A stretch of DNA of 64,000 bases from an uncultured Methanomassiliicoccales archaeon (GTDB taxonomy: Archaea; Thermoplasmatota; Thermoplasmata; Methanomassiliicoccales; UBA472). Where the stretch lies: positions 128,001-192,000 of the forward strand of contig OY968769.1 in the NCBI GenBank assembly GCA_963695345.1. Direction: 5' to 3'. The translations under genes were made by a program, and so were the position numbers. Numbering within the stretch: position 1 is the stretch's first letter; every line of letters begins with the position of its first letter. Below the pieces are notes generated by a model. The model had not been told where the DNA came from. It did no database searches and saw only the letters and a program-made list of their open reading frames with translations. Below, piece after piece: positions 19,166 through 29,527 of the stretch.

Positions 19166-21892
19166 CTAGGTTCCGCCATTTTCCCTGAGGGATCCAGGCG
19201 GGGGGGTGATGACGAATACCGCCCCCTTTCCCGGTTGACCTCGCTCCTCGATGCCCATTCCGGTTATCGATAGGATCTCCCGGGACAGGAACAGGCCAAG
19301 ACCATGGTCCTTGCCGTAACCTTTGGTGAACAGCCTCTCTTTCATTTCCGCGGAGATACCGACTCCGTTATCTTCGCAGATGATTCTGCGGACACCCTCT
19401 TTCTCGTCGATATGGAAACGGATGACTATATCATCGCCGCCATGTCTCAGACAATTGGTGATGAGGTTCTGGAATACCTTGACAATGAGCGGATCCGCGA
19501 ACACCTCGGTGGAGGCAGACACGTCATTGACCACCACCACCTCACCCAATGGGATGCCGTCGATGCTTTCCGCGATCAGCTTCCTTAGATCCTGCCAAAT
19601 TGGCCTATGGAACCCTATCTTCTCATATTCTTCAGAGAACTGGATCATTGCCGAGACCTGGTCTGTTTCAATTTCCGCTTTTCTGAGGTGTTCATTTGAC
19701 GCGAGGGATGGTTGACTGATCGTCAGGAGGGCCAGGTGGCCCTTGATAGCGAAAACCTTGTTACTGATGTCGTGACGGGTCATGCTGGACATCAGGTTGA
19801 GCTTCCGGTTGGCTTCGTGCAAGGCATTCTCGGTGCGTATCCGCTCAGTGATGTCCCGGAACATCCAGGTCCGGCCATAACATTTTCCGTCGCGCCCCAC
19901 GACCGGGGCGGTATATCTTTCCAGCACCATACCGTTCTTGAACTCTAGCTCATCTCGGCTGGTCTCATCGATGTGGTCGTTGAGGTACCTTACCTTTTCA
20001 ATGAAACGTTCAGGGTATTTTGTCAGACAGGAAACGTGTTCCAGCAAGAGCGTGTCATCATCGTTATCGATGATCTGCTTCGGTACATTGAACAGTTCGA
20101 CGATACGCCGATTCACCATTATCCTTTTAAGATCCTGATCTATCACCAGGATCCCATCCAGAGATGCGGTGACCTGGGCCTCGAACAGCGCGGTCTCCTG
20201 GCGCAGTTCTTCGTCCACCTCCAGCTGGTGTGCCTTCGCCCTCAGGTTCTTTATCCCGAAGGCGAGATCGTCCGTCATCTCCTCCAGCAAAGCCACCTCC
20301 TCCTCAGAGAAACCGTTCGTGCGGTTGGAATAGACCATCAGAGCCCCGAAGGCCGCCTCTCCATCCTTAAGAGGGATGGCGACCAGGGATCGGAAACCAT
20401 TCCTCAGGACGGCCTCGCCTTCTCTGCTCCCTTTACTGATCTCCACCAGGTCCTGGACGAGGACGGTCTGTCCGGTCCTGATCGCCATGCCTGCGGGACA
20501 CTTGCCCAGTTCCCTGTCTGACCAGGTGGTGCAGATGTTCTTGACATATTCCTCGTAGAATCCGCTCCAGGCTACCGGTCTCACGGAACGGGCTTTGTCG
20601 GTCTGGGCCATACCGATCCACGCCAATCGATAGCCCGCCCGGACGGATATGATCCGACAGATCTTATCGAGAAGCTCCTGTTCCGTCTCGGCCTTGAACA
20701 ACGCCTGGTTGCATTCCTTGATCGCGATGAACTCCCGATTGATACGCCAATGCTCAGTTATGTCCTGGACAACTCCCAACAGATACAGCGGACGGTTCCC
20801 TCTTCCGGTGGTGACCTCCACGGTGTCCCTGACAGTGATGATCGATCCGTCCGACCTGACCATCCTATGTTCGATGTTCAGGTCTCCCTTGCCCTTCAGC
20901 GATCCTTCCAGCGCCTCGATCACCCTCATACGGTCATCGGGATGGACCATCTCGAAGAACAGGTCATGCTGCGGAGCGGTCTCAGATTTCAAGCCCAGAA
21001 GCTGGGATAGGCCCTCGGAAAACGCGATATAGCCTTTCTCAGCGCTCCATGTCCAGTATCCGATCTTTGCCAGGGAGGAGGCTTTCACCAGGGTGCGCTC
21101 CTTTTCGAGCAGGTCCGACTCCATGCGCTTCCGGTCGGTTATGTCAACGTTCGTGCTCATGTAGCCAGTGACTGATCCTTCTCCTTCCTTCAGAGGCACG
21201 ACCTTTCCCAAGATCCATTTGGTCCGCTGATCTTCGGTCACGTATCGATATTCGAAGGAATATTCCCCATCGCATTCGATGGACCGTCTCCAGTTGAGCT
21301 TGAACGACTCCCTGTCTTCAGGAGGTACACCGTGCACCCATTCCTTGCCCAGAGCTCCCTCCTCGGTCTGCGAGATCATCTCTAGCCATCTTCGATTCGC
21401 GTAAGTGCAATCGAACTTTGTATCGGTCAGGAATATCCCAACAGGCGAACCGTCGATCAGAGATCGGTAACGGGTTTCGCTCTCCTTCAATCCGGTCTCG
21501 GCCCTTGACTTGGCGACCGATACACGGATCTTGTGGGCCAGTTCTGAAAACACGGAACGGGTCTCGCCTCCCTTTTGGACATATGCGTCCGCCCCGCTGT
21601 CAATGGCTTCGATCACGATCTCTTCACGGCCCTTTCCAGTGAAAAGGATGAAAGGGGTGCGATCCTTCCTCGACCTCAATTCCTTGAGGAAGAATATCCC
21701 ATCCTCCGCCGGCATCTGGTAGTCGGACACTATGGCATCATAGCGACGCTGGGAGAGGATGGCCATCGCATCCCGTACCGAGAACGTCATGTCTACGCGG
21801 AAAGAGTCGAAGGTCTCGAGGAATGCTTTGGTCAGGGAACAAAGGTCGGGGTCGTCATCAACCGCCAGGATGCTGATCGAAGCCTCTTTCAT
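19166..21892 (-). CDS. Hybrid REC-PAS-PAS-GAF-PAS histidine kinase
   Basis: ILAVDDD..DAIVSDYQMP..LFTGKG (REC), LAWIG (GAF), RHDISN (H-box), NCLRHG, DNGVG, GLGL. Confidence 0.92.
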   Translation of the reverse strand: MKEASISILAVDDDPDLCSLTKAFLETFDSFRVDMTFSVRDAMAILSQRRYDAIVSDYQMPAEDGIFFLKELRSRKDRTPFILFTGKGREEIVIEAIDSGADAYVQKGGETRSVFSELAHKIRVSVAKSRAETGLKESETRYRSLIDGSPVGIFLTDTKFDCTYANRRWLEMISQTEEGALGKEWVHGVPPEDRESFKLNWRRSIECDGEYSFEYRYVTEDQRTKWILGKVVPLKEGEGSVTGYMSTNVDITDRKRMESDLLEKERTLVKASSLAKIGYWTWSAEKGYIAFSEGLSQLLGLKSETAPQHDLFFEMVHPDDRMRVIEALEGSLKGKGDLNIEHRMVRSDGSIITVRDTVEVTTGRGNRPLYLLGVVQDITEHWRINREFIAIKECNQALFKAETEQELLDKICRIISVRAGYRLAWIGMAQTDKARSVRPVAWSGFYEEYVKNICTTWSDRELGKCPAGMAIRTGQTVLVQDLVEISKGSREGEAVLRNGFRSLVAIPLKDGEAAFGALMVYSNRTNGFSEEEVALLEEMTDDLAFGIKNLRAKAHQLEVDEELRQETALFEAQVTASLDGILVIDQDLKRIMVNRRIVELFNVPKQIIDNDDDTLLLEHVSCLTKYPERFIEKVRYLNDHIDETSRDELEFKNGMVLERYTAPVVGRDGKCYGRTWMFRDITERIRTENALHEANRKLNLMSSMTRHDISNKVFAIKGHLALLTISQPSLASNEHLRKAEIETDQVSAMIQFSEEYEKIGFHRPIWQDLRKLIAESIDGIPLGEVVVVNDVSASTEVFADPLIVKVFQNLITNCLRHGGDDIVIRFHIDEKEGVRRIICEDNGVGISAEMKERLFTKGYGKDHGLGLFLSREILSITGMGIEERGQPGKGAVFVITPPPGSLRENGGT

Positions 21893-21911
21893 CTTACCAC
21901 CCCCTTGTTCC

Positions 21912-22989
21912 TCATTTACTTAAATCTTGATATGATCCGTACTTCTTTGCCGAATCGATGAGGGCCAGTATGTTCCTTTCTGGTAACGCGTGATGGACCT
22001 CGCATCCAGCGCTTAACCAGAACATGCCGTTGTCCTTGGCCACGTCCAGGACCTTCTTGGCCGCCTCTTCGACCTCCTCCGGGGATCCTTTGCACATGAC
22101 CGATCCCGCCTCGGAAACCCCGAGGTTCCCTGCCAGGATCAACTTCGATCCGTACTTCCGCTTCACGGACTCCATATCGACCATTTCATGGAACGAAATG
22201 GCACCGCATCCTGTTCCCACCATATCCTCCAGGAAGGGAGTGGCGTCCTGACATTGATGGAGACAATAGGGGACCTTCAAGACACGACAGGTGTCCGCCT
22301 GGTATGCCGCCACGAACTCTCTGAACTGGTCAGGGCTAATGGTTATGTTGTTGAACCCCCCGCTGACCGAGGCTAAGCCGAACGCCCCGGCGGCGATCAT
22401 CTCCTTACCGAAAAGGATGTTGAAGTCGGTAATCTTTCTGAGAAGGCGGTGCAACAGCTCCTTGTTCTTGGCCAGCATCGGAAATATGGTGGAATAGTTC
22501 CCTGCCAGGATGTCCGTGGCGGAGTCCAATCGGGGATGCCAGGAATCCGATGGTCGGCACTTTGTTGCCATACTTCGCGCTGAGCTCTGAGATCGTCCTA
22601 AGAATGACCTGACATCTTGGCACTTGATTCGGGTCGGGGACCTCCAGTTCGTCTATTTCCTCGATCCTCTGAATGGCATATTCAGTAACGACTGGCATCC
22701 TCATACCCCCTCCGCTCTTCATGGTGTACTCACACCGGCTGCCGAAGGCCTCGCCGGTCAGGCGGAAATCCAGAGGCAGGAAGAAGTTGTCAGCGCCATA
22801 ATACTCGTATTGCTGGCGGACGTTACGATACAGTTTGCTGGAACTGTTCAATAGCTCATGCCAGCTAACGTCGTCACGAACCGCCGCGTGCTGTGCGGCG
22901 GATTGAAAGAACAAGACCACCGGGACCCGGTCCGGAATGTCCCGGTCAATCGTAGCCTGGACCCGCTGTAAGGGGGACGACTCCTTCAA
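21912..22989 (-). CDS. MtaA/CmuA-like methylcobamide methyltransferase (URO-D family); frameshift ~22530
   Basis: PDRVPV, EAFG, zinc ligands LHQC and SAGCE, LAGNL..GSPEEV; ORFs 22405-22989 and 21912-22571 join. Confidence 0.85.
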
Positions 22990-23639
22990 TGGTCCACATC
23001 CATCTTAGACCGGACTTCCAACCATGCAATGGTGTACCTATCATTGGCACCGTAGAAATCCGCCCCTATCGAGTCGGCGAATTGCTGCGTCATTTGGCCT
23101 CCCCCGATCAATATCTTCCGACCCTCTCGAAGGCCTTCCTCCCTGATCTGCTGGACCAGGTCACGCACCCCGATCAATGTGGGGGTCATCAAGGTCGATA
23201 TGGCGATATAGTCTGGTCTGGTCTGCTTTATGCTCCCGAGAAAGTCATCGTTCGGAACATCCCTTCCCAGGTCAACGCAGGTGTATCCGTGGGCCTCGAC
23301 GATCACCTTGATCAGGTTCTTGCCGATGTCATGGATGTCCCCTTCCACCACCCCGATGACCATTTTTTGGCCAGGATGGTACTCTCCTACGCTTAGATGG
23401 GGACGGAGTATGTCAAATGCGCTGTAAAAGGCATTGGCCGACGCCAACACCTGCGGGAGGTATAGTTCTCTCCTATCGTACCCTTTCGCAACTTCCTGCA
23501 TACCGGCATTGAGTCCATTGATCACCGCATCATTTATATCCAGCCCCCTAAGGACAATCTCACGGGCGGTATCTGATGCAATTTCACTGTCCATCCTCAC
23601 GATGGCGTTCCTCAACCTTTCCGATAATTCTGAACTCAT
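22986..23639 (-). CDS. Methyltransferase cognate corrinoid protein (MtaC-like)
   Basis: Cap domain GLNAGM..YLPQVLASA; GDIHDIGKN (DxHxxG), STLMT, IGGG; start/stop overlap with the MtaA-like gene. Confidence 0.92.
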   Translation of the reverse strand: MSSELSERLRNAIVRMDSEIASDTAREIVLRGLDINDAVINGLNAGMQEVAKGYDRRELYLPQVLASANAFYSAFDILRPHLSVGEYHPGQKMVIGVVEGDIHDIGKNLIKVIVEAHGYTCVDLGRDVPNDDFLGSIKQTRPDYIAISTLMTPTLIGVRDLVQQIREEGLREGRKILIGGGQMTQQFADSIGADFYGANDRYTIAWLEVRSKMDVDH

Positions 23640-23925
23640 CTCCAAGCCCTTGCTGCCAAGCTTTCTATTCGAAACACATGTTCATTCGACCGCCTTCTTC
23701 CCCAAGTTCGGCCTCGAACTATGGTCTAGTGTGGATGTGCATTCAAGTGTTAACAGACTATACTCTTGGACTCTATTTATACGAGCGTTTTAAAATTCTT
23801 GATGTTGTCCATCAGCCCAAGAAACGGCAACATTGAGATTAGGACCTGAACGGGAAATTAAGATGATGATGAAGATAAATGGAAAAGGTTTATATTTATT
23901 GAAAAGTCGGACTTTGCTTAAGAGC

Positions 23926-24363
23926 TCAGCCCTTGTTCTTGATCATCATTACCTCGATGATCTTCATTGCTTGGGCTTCCGGGATGCCCATCATGACCTG
24001 GATCTTGGTTATGACCTGCTGCTCCTTGGCGTCGACATCCCCGTCCGCGAACACGAGGTCAGTGGCGACGGCGAAGGCGGTCTCCTTGAGATCGGCCGGC
24101 AGTGATTCGTTGGACATCTTCATCAATACATCGAATCCCTGGTGCTGCACGATGTTGATCAGCTTGTTGAGGAGGTTGCCCATCTGGTTCTGGGTGAAGT
24201 TCTTGAACATGTTCATCCGATACAGACCAGTGATGAAACCGCGGCCTTCCTCCTCGGTGATGCTTCCGTCGGCGGCGATGGCGGCCAGGCCAACTGCGGC
24301 GAAAGCCTCTTCCTTGGTCAACTTTTCCGGCTCTTTCGGTAGTACTTTGTCGAACAGACCCAT
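23926..24363 (-). CDS. TerB-family (tellurite resistance-like) protein
   Basis: AAIAADGSITEEE and DLVFADGDVDAKE duplicated motifs; GAGG RBS. Confidence 0.85.
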   Translation of the reverse strand: MGLFDKVLPKEPEKLTKEEAFAAVGLAAIAADGSITEEEGRGFITGLYRMNMFKNFTQNQMGNLLNKLINIVQHQGFDVLMKMSNESLPADLKETAFAVATDLVFADGDVDAKEQQVITKIQVMMGIPEAQAMKIIEVMMIKNKG

Positions 24364-24718
24364 ATGAATTCCTCTTGCTCTCCTATTGAAGCTCGAAACA
24401 TGACCGAAACCGGCTACCCAGATTCGATCGAACGCCATTCGAGCCTTCGGCCAGATGTTCGGAACCTTGATTAAGGTTTTCGATTCAATAATGCATTCGT
24501 GAATTGATGACGAGAGTGTCATAATGCAAGCCAGTGGGTCCTTGCATGGAGTGACTAGTGGTGAAAAATGAATTGCCTATCGGTCAACCAGTGGTTCCTG
24601 TTCAACATCTTCTGATACACGGTGATCCTCTTCATCAGCCCATCTTGACATCGGGATAAATGGTCTATGGCAAGTTACATATACTCTTTGTAATCATATG
24701 GTGATAATGGTGATTTAG

Positions 24719-25111
24719 GTGAGAATGACACCTGCGAATGTAGACCCAGAATATGTTTGGCTAAGGGAAGAGAGGCGCCTCAACGCCGGATCGGCAGGAA
24801 CTGGACCCATGAAAGCTGAGCGAAAAGAAAACGCCTCTGACAATGGGATGGGCTTAGGCAATGGCATTAACGCGGCTTACCGTGGATTCACTGAAAGTAT
24901 CATCCGTATGGGGTTAATCGGAGTCTCGCTCCATTGCCTAGGGCTGATTTGGCTCCTATCAGCGGCGGGATTCGATGTTCCCTGGTATTCAGTGTTCCCA
25001 ATTACTACTATGGTCGTCGGAGGGGTTTTAATTCTTAGAGCCATTATCCTTGATCGGGATAGATCAGCGAGGGAGACTTTCAGTGACCGACGTAACCATT
25101 CGAGGAATTGA
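24719..25111 (+). CDS. Small membrane protein (2 TM)
   Basis: Two hydrophobic segments; start uncertain. Confidence 0.45.
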   Translation: MRMTPANVDPEYVWLREERRLNAGSAGTGPMKAERKENASDNGMGLGNGINAAYRGFTESIIRMGLIGVSLHCLGLIWLLSAAGFDVPWYSVFPITTMVVGGVLILRAIILDRDRSARETFSDRRNHSRN

Positions 25112-25463
25112 GGACGAGACCTATTCTCAGTTCGCGGCCGAAGCAAAGAAGCGTGGCATTCCGATCGGTGAGTACACGACCATTGCCATGAAGGCCATGA
25201 TAGCCAATTCCACAGCGCCGGTCTACCACATAGGCAACCTGGAACACCTGTCGGTGTCCAAGGCGGACCTCGAATCCATCGAATTGCCGGTAATACTCAG
25301 CAATATCGAGGTTCTCGATTTCGACCATACCGTTGATTGGCCTACCTTCAACAGACAGGTGAAGGAGATCAACAACATCGAACTGATCCGGGTCCACAAA
25401 TCCCTTTCGAAGTTCCAGGTATTGACCAAGGCAAAGAATGTGGAAACGATAGAATCCAAGTGA
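25083..25463 (+). CDS. Hypothetical protein with N-terminal ribbon-helix-helix-like segment
   Basis: GTG start after GAGGGAG; TDVTIRGIEDETYSQFAAEAKKRGIPIGE. Confidence 0.65.
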   Translation: MTDVTIRGIEDETYSQFAAEAKKRGIPIGEYTTIAMKAMIANSTAPVYHIGNLEHLSVSKADLESIELPVILSNIEVLDFDHTVDWPTFNRQVKEINNIELIRVHKSLSKFQVLTKAKNVETIESK

Positions 25464-25665
25464 TCGATGGCTGGCAGGGGAGACGGCATACTGCCGAACC
25501 GCTCGAACCGAGATCAACAATGGCTCCTTTCTGAGGAATGATCGATTTTCATGAGTCGAGACCACGAAGCTGTTTAGGCACCACCCATCATCTTTCCTGA
25601 TGTCCGTGTTTTAGAAGGGAAGTTTTAATACCTCGCCGACTCAAGTTGTATGCGAGTACTAGAAA

Positions 25666-26052
25666 ATGAGCGAGAACAACAGCATAAGTAGATTCACATT
25701 ACTGGAGAAGACACTGGAGGCCAAGGCAGGGTTCAATCAGGAGACGGCGCAGGAAGTGACACTGAGGATCCTGAACTATTTCGGATATCACGACGAGATC
25801 ATCGACAACGCGTTGAACCAGGAGGACCGGAGGTTGTTCTATTACCTTCAGGACATAGACCTGCTGCAGACCCACTGGGAGGAGACACAGCTGGCAAGCG
25901 GAAGGAACTGGCGCATTTTCTACTGGGCGCTCAATCTGGAACGGCTCAAGGAGTGCGAGGTCAAGTTGACCAAGAAGGTCGAGGACCCTAACGTCTACAT
26001 GTCCCTTCCAGAGACCGCCTGGAACAAAACGCATTTTCCAGCCCAGACCTGA
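25666..26052 (+). CDS. DUF6015-like conserved Thermoplasmata protein
   Basis: ILNYFGY..IIDN.L..EDR..FY.LQD..LL...EET.L.SGRNWRIFYW pattern. Confidence 0.75.
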   Translation: MSENNSISRFTLLEKTLEAKAGFNQETAQEVTLRILNYFGYHDEIIDNALNQEDRRLFYYLQDIDLLQTHWEETQLASGRNWRIFYWALNLERLKECEVKLTKKVEDPNVYMSLPETAWNKTHFPAQT

Positions 26053-26094
26053 GCGTTCAAAACCAATTTATCCCCGGTCCTGTATCAATGGACC

Positions 26095-26409
26095 GTGAAG
26101 TTCTGCTATTGTCCTGAATGCAAGGAGCTCCATCCTAAGAATTGGTATGGAGGGCGTTCTTGCGAAAGGTGCAACGGGACCTGCGCCATTATCATCATTC
26201 CCACTTCCATCGTTGGATATCTGATGTACGCATTCAGCCTCCTCGCCGTCGTTCTGATCGCGATCAACCTACTGGCGATCAGATGGGCACTTACCGATTA
26301 CACGATCCCGCTGATCTTCGCCGCGATCATCGCTGGATTCGTCTGCTCTTTCATCGAGATCGGGAGGGGAACGAAACTGGCCTATGAACGCATCCGGAAG
26401 AGAAACTAG
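26095..26409 (+). CDS. Zinc-ribbon membrane protein
   Basis: CYCPEC..CERC followed by two TM helices. Confidence 0.7.
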   Translation: MKFCYCPECKELHPKNWYGGRSCERCNGTCAIIIIPTSIVGYLMYAFSLLAVVLIAINLLAIRWALTDYTIPLIFAAIIAGFVCSFIEIGRGTKLAYERIRKRN

Positions 26410-26888
26410 GCGTACCTGACCGTCAGCACGTATGAGCAGAGGCCGGAGGGTGCCGCGACGGTCAGGCTGGATACGAAGATGTCGCCGCCGGTATCATTTC
26501 CGAGGGCACTGCCGATAGTGAAGGAATAATCCCCGTCCGAACAGACCCACTCCGCCTTGTACTGGGGTTGGAACAGGCCCCGCAGCATCGCGTCGATCTC
26601 CGTATGAATCCTATCGGGAAGCGGTTTCTTGATGAACAGCAAGGTGGCGATAGCATCCGACACGGGCATGAGTTTCTCAGAGGCTTCTGACCAGGAACTA
26701 AGAGTTGCTCCCATGAGGACCGAGTGGCACTTTTCCACATACGATTGCACATTCCCATCGACATCATGGACGGGGTTAAAGGCGACCAGCACGGTCACGG
26801 AGACAACTGACATCACCGAGAGGAACATGAGCGCGTCGAACAACGCCGCCATTCCGCCCATATCCCCGGACAATCGTCTCATTGCCAC
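26406..26888 (-). CDS. Pilin-like protein (class III signal peptide-like)
   Basis: RRLSGDMGG|MAALFDALMFLSVMSVVSV: charged leader, Gly, hydrophobic helix. Confidence 0.55.
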   Translation of the reverse strand: MAMRRLSGDMGGMAALFDALMFLSVMSVVSVTVLVAFNPVHDVDGNVQSYVEKCHSVLMGATLSSWSEASEKLMPVSDAIATLLFIKKPLPDRIHTEIDAMLRGLFQPQYKAEWVCSDGDYSFTIGSALGNDTGGDIFVSSLTVAAPSGLCSYVLTVRYA

Positions 26889-27349
26889 ACGATCACCGTC
26901 ACCTTGCCGGCATGAACGGTCCTGTCGGAAACGGAGATGAGAACCGGGAGCGAAGACGAACGGGTATCATTGTCCCCAGACATCGGACCTGTCCGCAACA
27001 GGACCTTTGAGGTGGAATTCGTGGATATGTCCTGCAACGTCAGACAGTAGCCAGCTACCATGGCGCCGACGTGAAAGAGCGATGAGTTCAAAAGGCCCAA
27101 GGATGAGCTCTGAAGGGTCTGCCCTTCGAAGAAGGGAGATCCAAGCGAGAAGAACTGGTCAGTGAGCGACTGGCACGTGGCCTGTAGCGAGCTCGTATCC
27201 GAACCGCGCCTCAGGTCGATCCCGACGAACGCCAGCGAGGCGGTCACCAGAACCACCCCGCAGATGACCACCATCATCGCCAGGACCGACTCCATGAACC
27301 CTCCGACGCCGGCCCTGCCGGGACGCCGGCCTATGGTGCGCTCGCTCAT
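26879..27349 (-). CDS. Pilin-like protein (class III signal peptide-like)
   Basis: RRPGRAG|VGGFMESVLAMMVVICGVVLV; C-terminal LPVLI..HAGKVTVIVW; overlaps the next gene. Confidence 0.6.
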   Translation of the reverse strand: MSERTIGRRPGRAGVGGFMESVLAMMVVICGVVLVTASLAFVGIDLRRGSDTSSLQATCQSLTDQFFSLGSPFFEGQTLQSSSLGLLNSSLFHVGAMVAGYCLTLQDISTNSTSKVLLRTGPMSGDNDTRSSSLPVLISVSDRTVHAGKVTVIVWQ

Positions 27350-27406
27350 ATGCGGAGATAGAACCCCGGCCACCAAGACGGTAACGGCTACAGTGAGCCT
27401 AACCGC

Positions 27407-29356
27407 TCACGGCACGCCGTTCTGGTAATGGGCGGAGGTGATCGGCCCGCACTTCTTCTTGAGGACCGCCTTGCTCTCCAGGTCCCTTTCGTGGAACACC
27501 TTGGCGGCCATCTCGGCCAGGTCCGGGTGCCTGCGGCGCAGGTCCAGGGAGAACGAGTCTATGCCCATGTCCTCCATCTCCTGCAGGTAGTCGAGCAGGA
27601 ACAGGTCGGACGAGTTGGTTATGTGGGCATAGCCGTCCGTGTCCCGGTAGACCTGGAAACGCTTACCCAGATGGTCCATCAGGAACCCTTCCTTCAGGGA
27701 CGGGTCCTTGGTGATCATGAGCTCCACCCGGCCGAACGCCAGCACCTCCAGCCGTCCGTCGTAGTGCTGCACCGTCTCCCAGATGTCGTCATGCGAAAGC
27801 TCCACCGACATGGTCTGCTGGAAGAGCCGGGGGGTGGTGAGCGAGTTGAAGAAGTTCATCGAGTGGTGACCATAGAGGCGCCGGTCACCGTACTGGTGAG
27901 CCTGGCCCACATTGCAGACCATGATGGACCGGTCTTCGAGCAACGGCATGTCGACCGACACCCGGGGCATGATCGGCACGAACTCCTTGCCGACGTCGGC
28001 GCACATGGCCCTGGCCTCGTCGATCTGCTTGTTCCGCTCGAAGTAGATGCGGTCAGAGAACGGCAATACCTTCTCCAGCACCTTGAGGCTCGAGGCATAT
28101 ACCGACATCTCCGCCTGCCGGGGCTGACGGCGGTGCTTCGCCGGACGGAGCTGGACCGGACGTCTTGTGGCGGTGAGTTCGGGGAACTGCATGTTATCGA
28201 TCATCTTGCGCATGGAGTCGAACTCCCGGTCCTTCGTCTTATAGACCGTGAACTCGCCCACCTCCATCTTGAACGGGGAGCGCAGATAGACGGTTCCATC
28301 CCGGGTGCTGCTCTGCTCCTTGACCTCGAACCCGGCCAGCTTCTCATCGCCCCGGTACATGGTGATCCCGTCCCCCGGCAGGACCTTGTCCGTCTTGAGC
28401 GCGAGCCTGGTGCCGTCGGAGGTCGCCTTTCCCAGCGGCAGACCGCGCGAATCCGCGTACTCCCGGGCCATGACGTTCGTGTCCATCAGGTAGCCGCGCG
28501 AGAAGCCGCGGTTGAACACCGTTTCCAGCAGCTCGCGTTCCCGCGGCGTGATAAGCTCACGGTCGCCCGCCTGGGCCCTCTTGATGACCGACTTGTAGAT
28601 CTTGGTGGCCACATAGACGTACAGCGGGTTGCGCATCCGCCCCTCGATCTTGATGGACTTCACGCCCAGGCGCAGAAGCTCCGGGATCGCCTCGATGCCG
28701 AAGGTGTCGGCGGTGCTCAGCAGGAACCCGCGCTCGTTACCCAGCTCATACTCCTTCCGGCAGGGCTGGGCGCAGAGCCCGCGGTTGCCGCTCCTGCCGC
28801 CAAGCATGCTGGAGAACAGGCACTGGCCGGAGACGCAGTAGCAAAGGGCGCCGTGCACGAAAACCTCGAGGCCGACCTTGGTGCCTTCCTTGATCTTGCG
28901 GATCTGGGCGAGGGACAGCTCCCGCGCGAGAATGACCCGCTCGACCCCCTCCGATTGGGCCCAGAGAGCGCCCTCCAGGGAATCGATCCCCATCTGGGTG
29001 GAGGCGTGCACCGGCATCTTGATGCTCTCCTTGATGAGGCGCAGAAGGCCTCGGTCCTGCACGATCACCGCGTCCGCCCCGATCGCCCGGAGCATATCGA
29101 TGTAACCGGCGGCCGTTTCCAGCTCGCTCTCCTTGATCAACGTGTTGACAGTGACGTACACTTTGACGTGATGGTCGTGGGCGAGCTTGATCGCTGAGCG
29201 CATCTCCCCATCGTCAAAATTCTCGGCCAGACGCCGGGCGCCAAAGTCCTTACCGCCCAGGTAGACCGCGTCCGCTCCTCCGATGATGGCCGCCTTCAGG
29301 GCGTCCTTGTAACCTACCGGCGCTAACAGCTCCACGACATCGGCTATGCACTCCAT
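27407..29356 (-). CDS. Peptidase U32-family Fe-S protein (RlhA/TrhP-like)
   Basis: ELLAPVG, GADAVYLG, HASTQM, LARELSL, HGALCYCVSGQCLFSS..SGNRGLCAQPCR, KIEGR. Confidence 0.93.
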   Translation of the reverse strand: MECIADVVELLAPVGYKDALKAAIIGGADAVYLGGKDFGARRLAENFDDGEMRSAIKLAHDHHVKVYVTVNTLIKESELETAAGYIDMLRAIGADAVIVQDRGLLRLIKESIKMPVHASTQMGIDSLEGALWAQSEGVERVILARELSLAQIRKIKEGTKVGLEVFVHGALCYCVSGQCLFSSMLGGRSGNRGLCAQPCRKEYELGNERGFLLSTADTFGIEAIPELLRLGVKSIKIEGRMRNPLYVYVATKIYKSVIKRAQAGDRELITPRERELLETVFNRGFSRGYLMDTNVMAREYADSRGLPLGKATSDGTRLALKTDKVLPGDGITMYRGDEKLAGFEVKEQSSTRDGTVYLRSPFKMEVGEFTVYKTKDREFDSMRKMIDNMQFPELTATRRPVQLRPAKHRRQPRQAEMSVYASSLKVLEKVLPFSDRIYFERNKQIDEARAMCADVGKEFVPIMPRVSVDMPLLEDRSIMVCNVGQAHQYGDRRLYGHHSMNFFNSLTTPRLFQQTMSVELSHDDIWETVQHYDGRLEVLAFGRVELMITKDPSLKEGFLMDHLGKRFQVYRDTDGYAHITNSSDLFLLDYLQEMEDMGIDSFSLDLRRRHPDLAEMAAKVFHERDLESKAVLKKKCGPITSAHYQNGVP

Positions 29357-29527
29357 GACTTAAAGACAACGCAGAATCGCCACGGAAGCGTAGCTAAAGC
29401 GGGATTGACGATGGCTTACAGAAGCCTACGGAGTTCCTCGAAAGTAAGGATTGTTCCATTAATGGACCTAGGGGGACCGTACTTCCAATGAATGGCAGCC
29501 ATGGGATGACATGACATATCTCGTGGA

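Noticed and set aside
27428-29197. 589-aa plus-strand ORF
   Set aside because: Antisense shadow of the U32 gene caused by GC3-rich codon usage.
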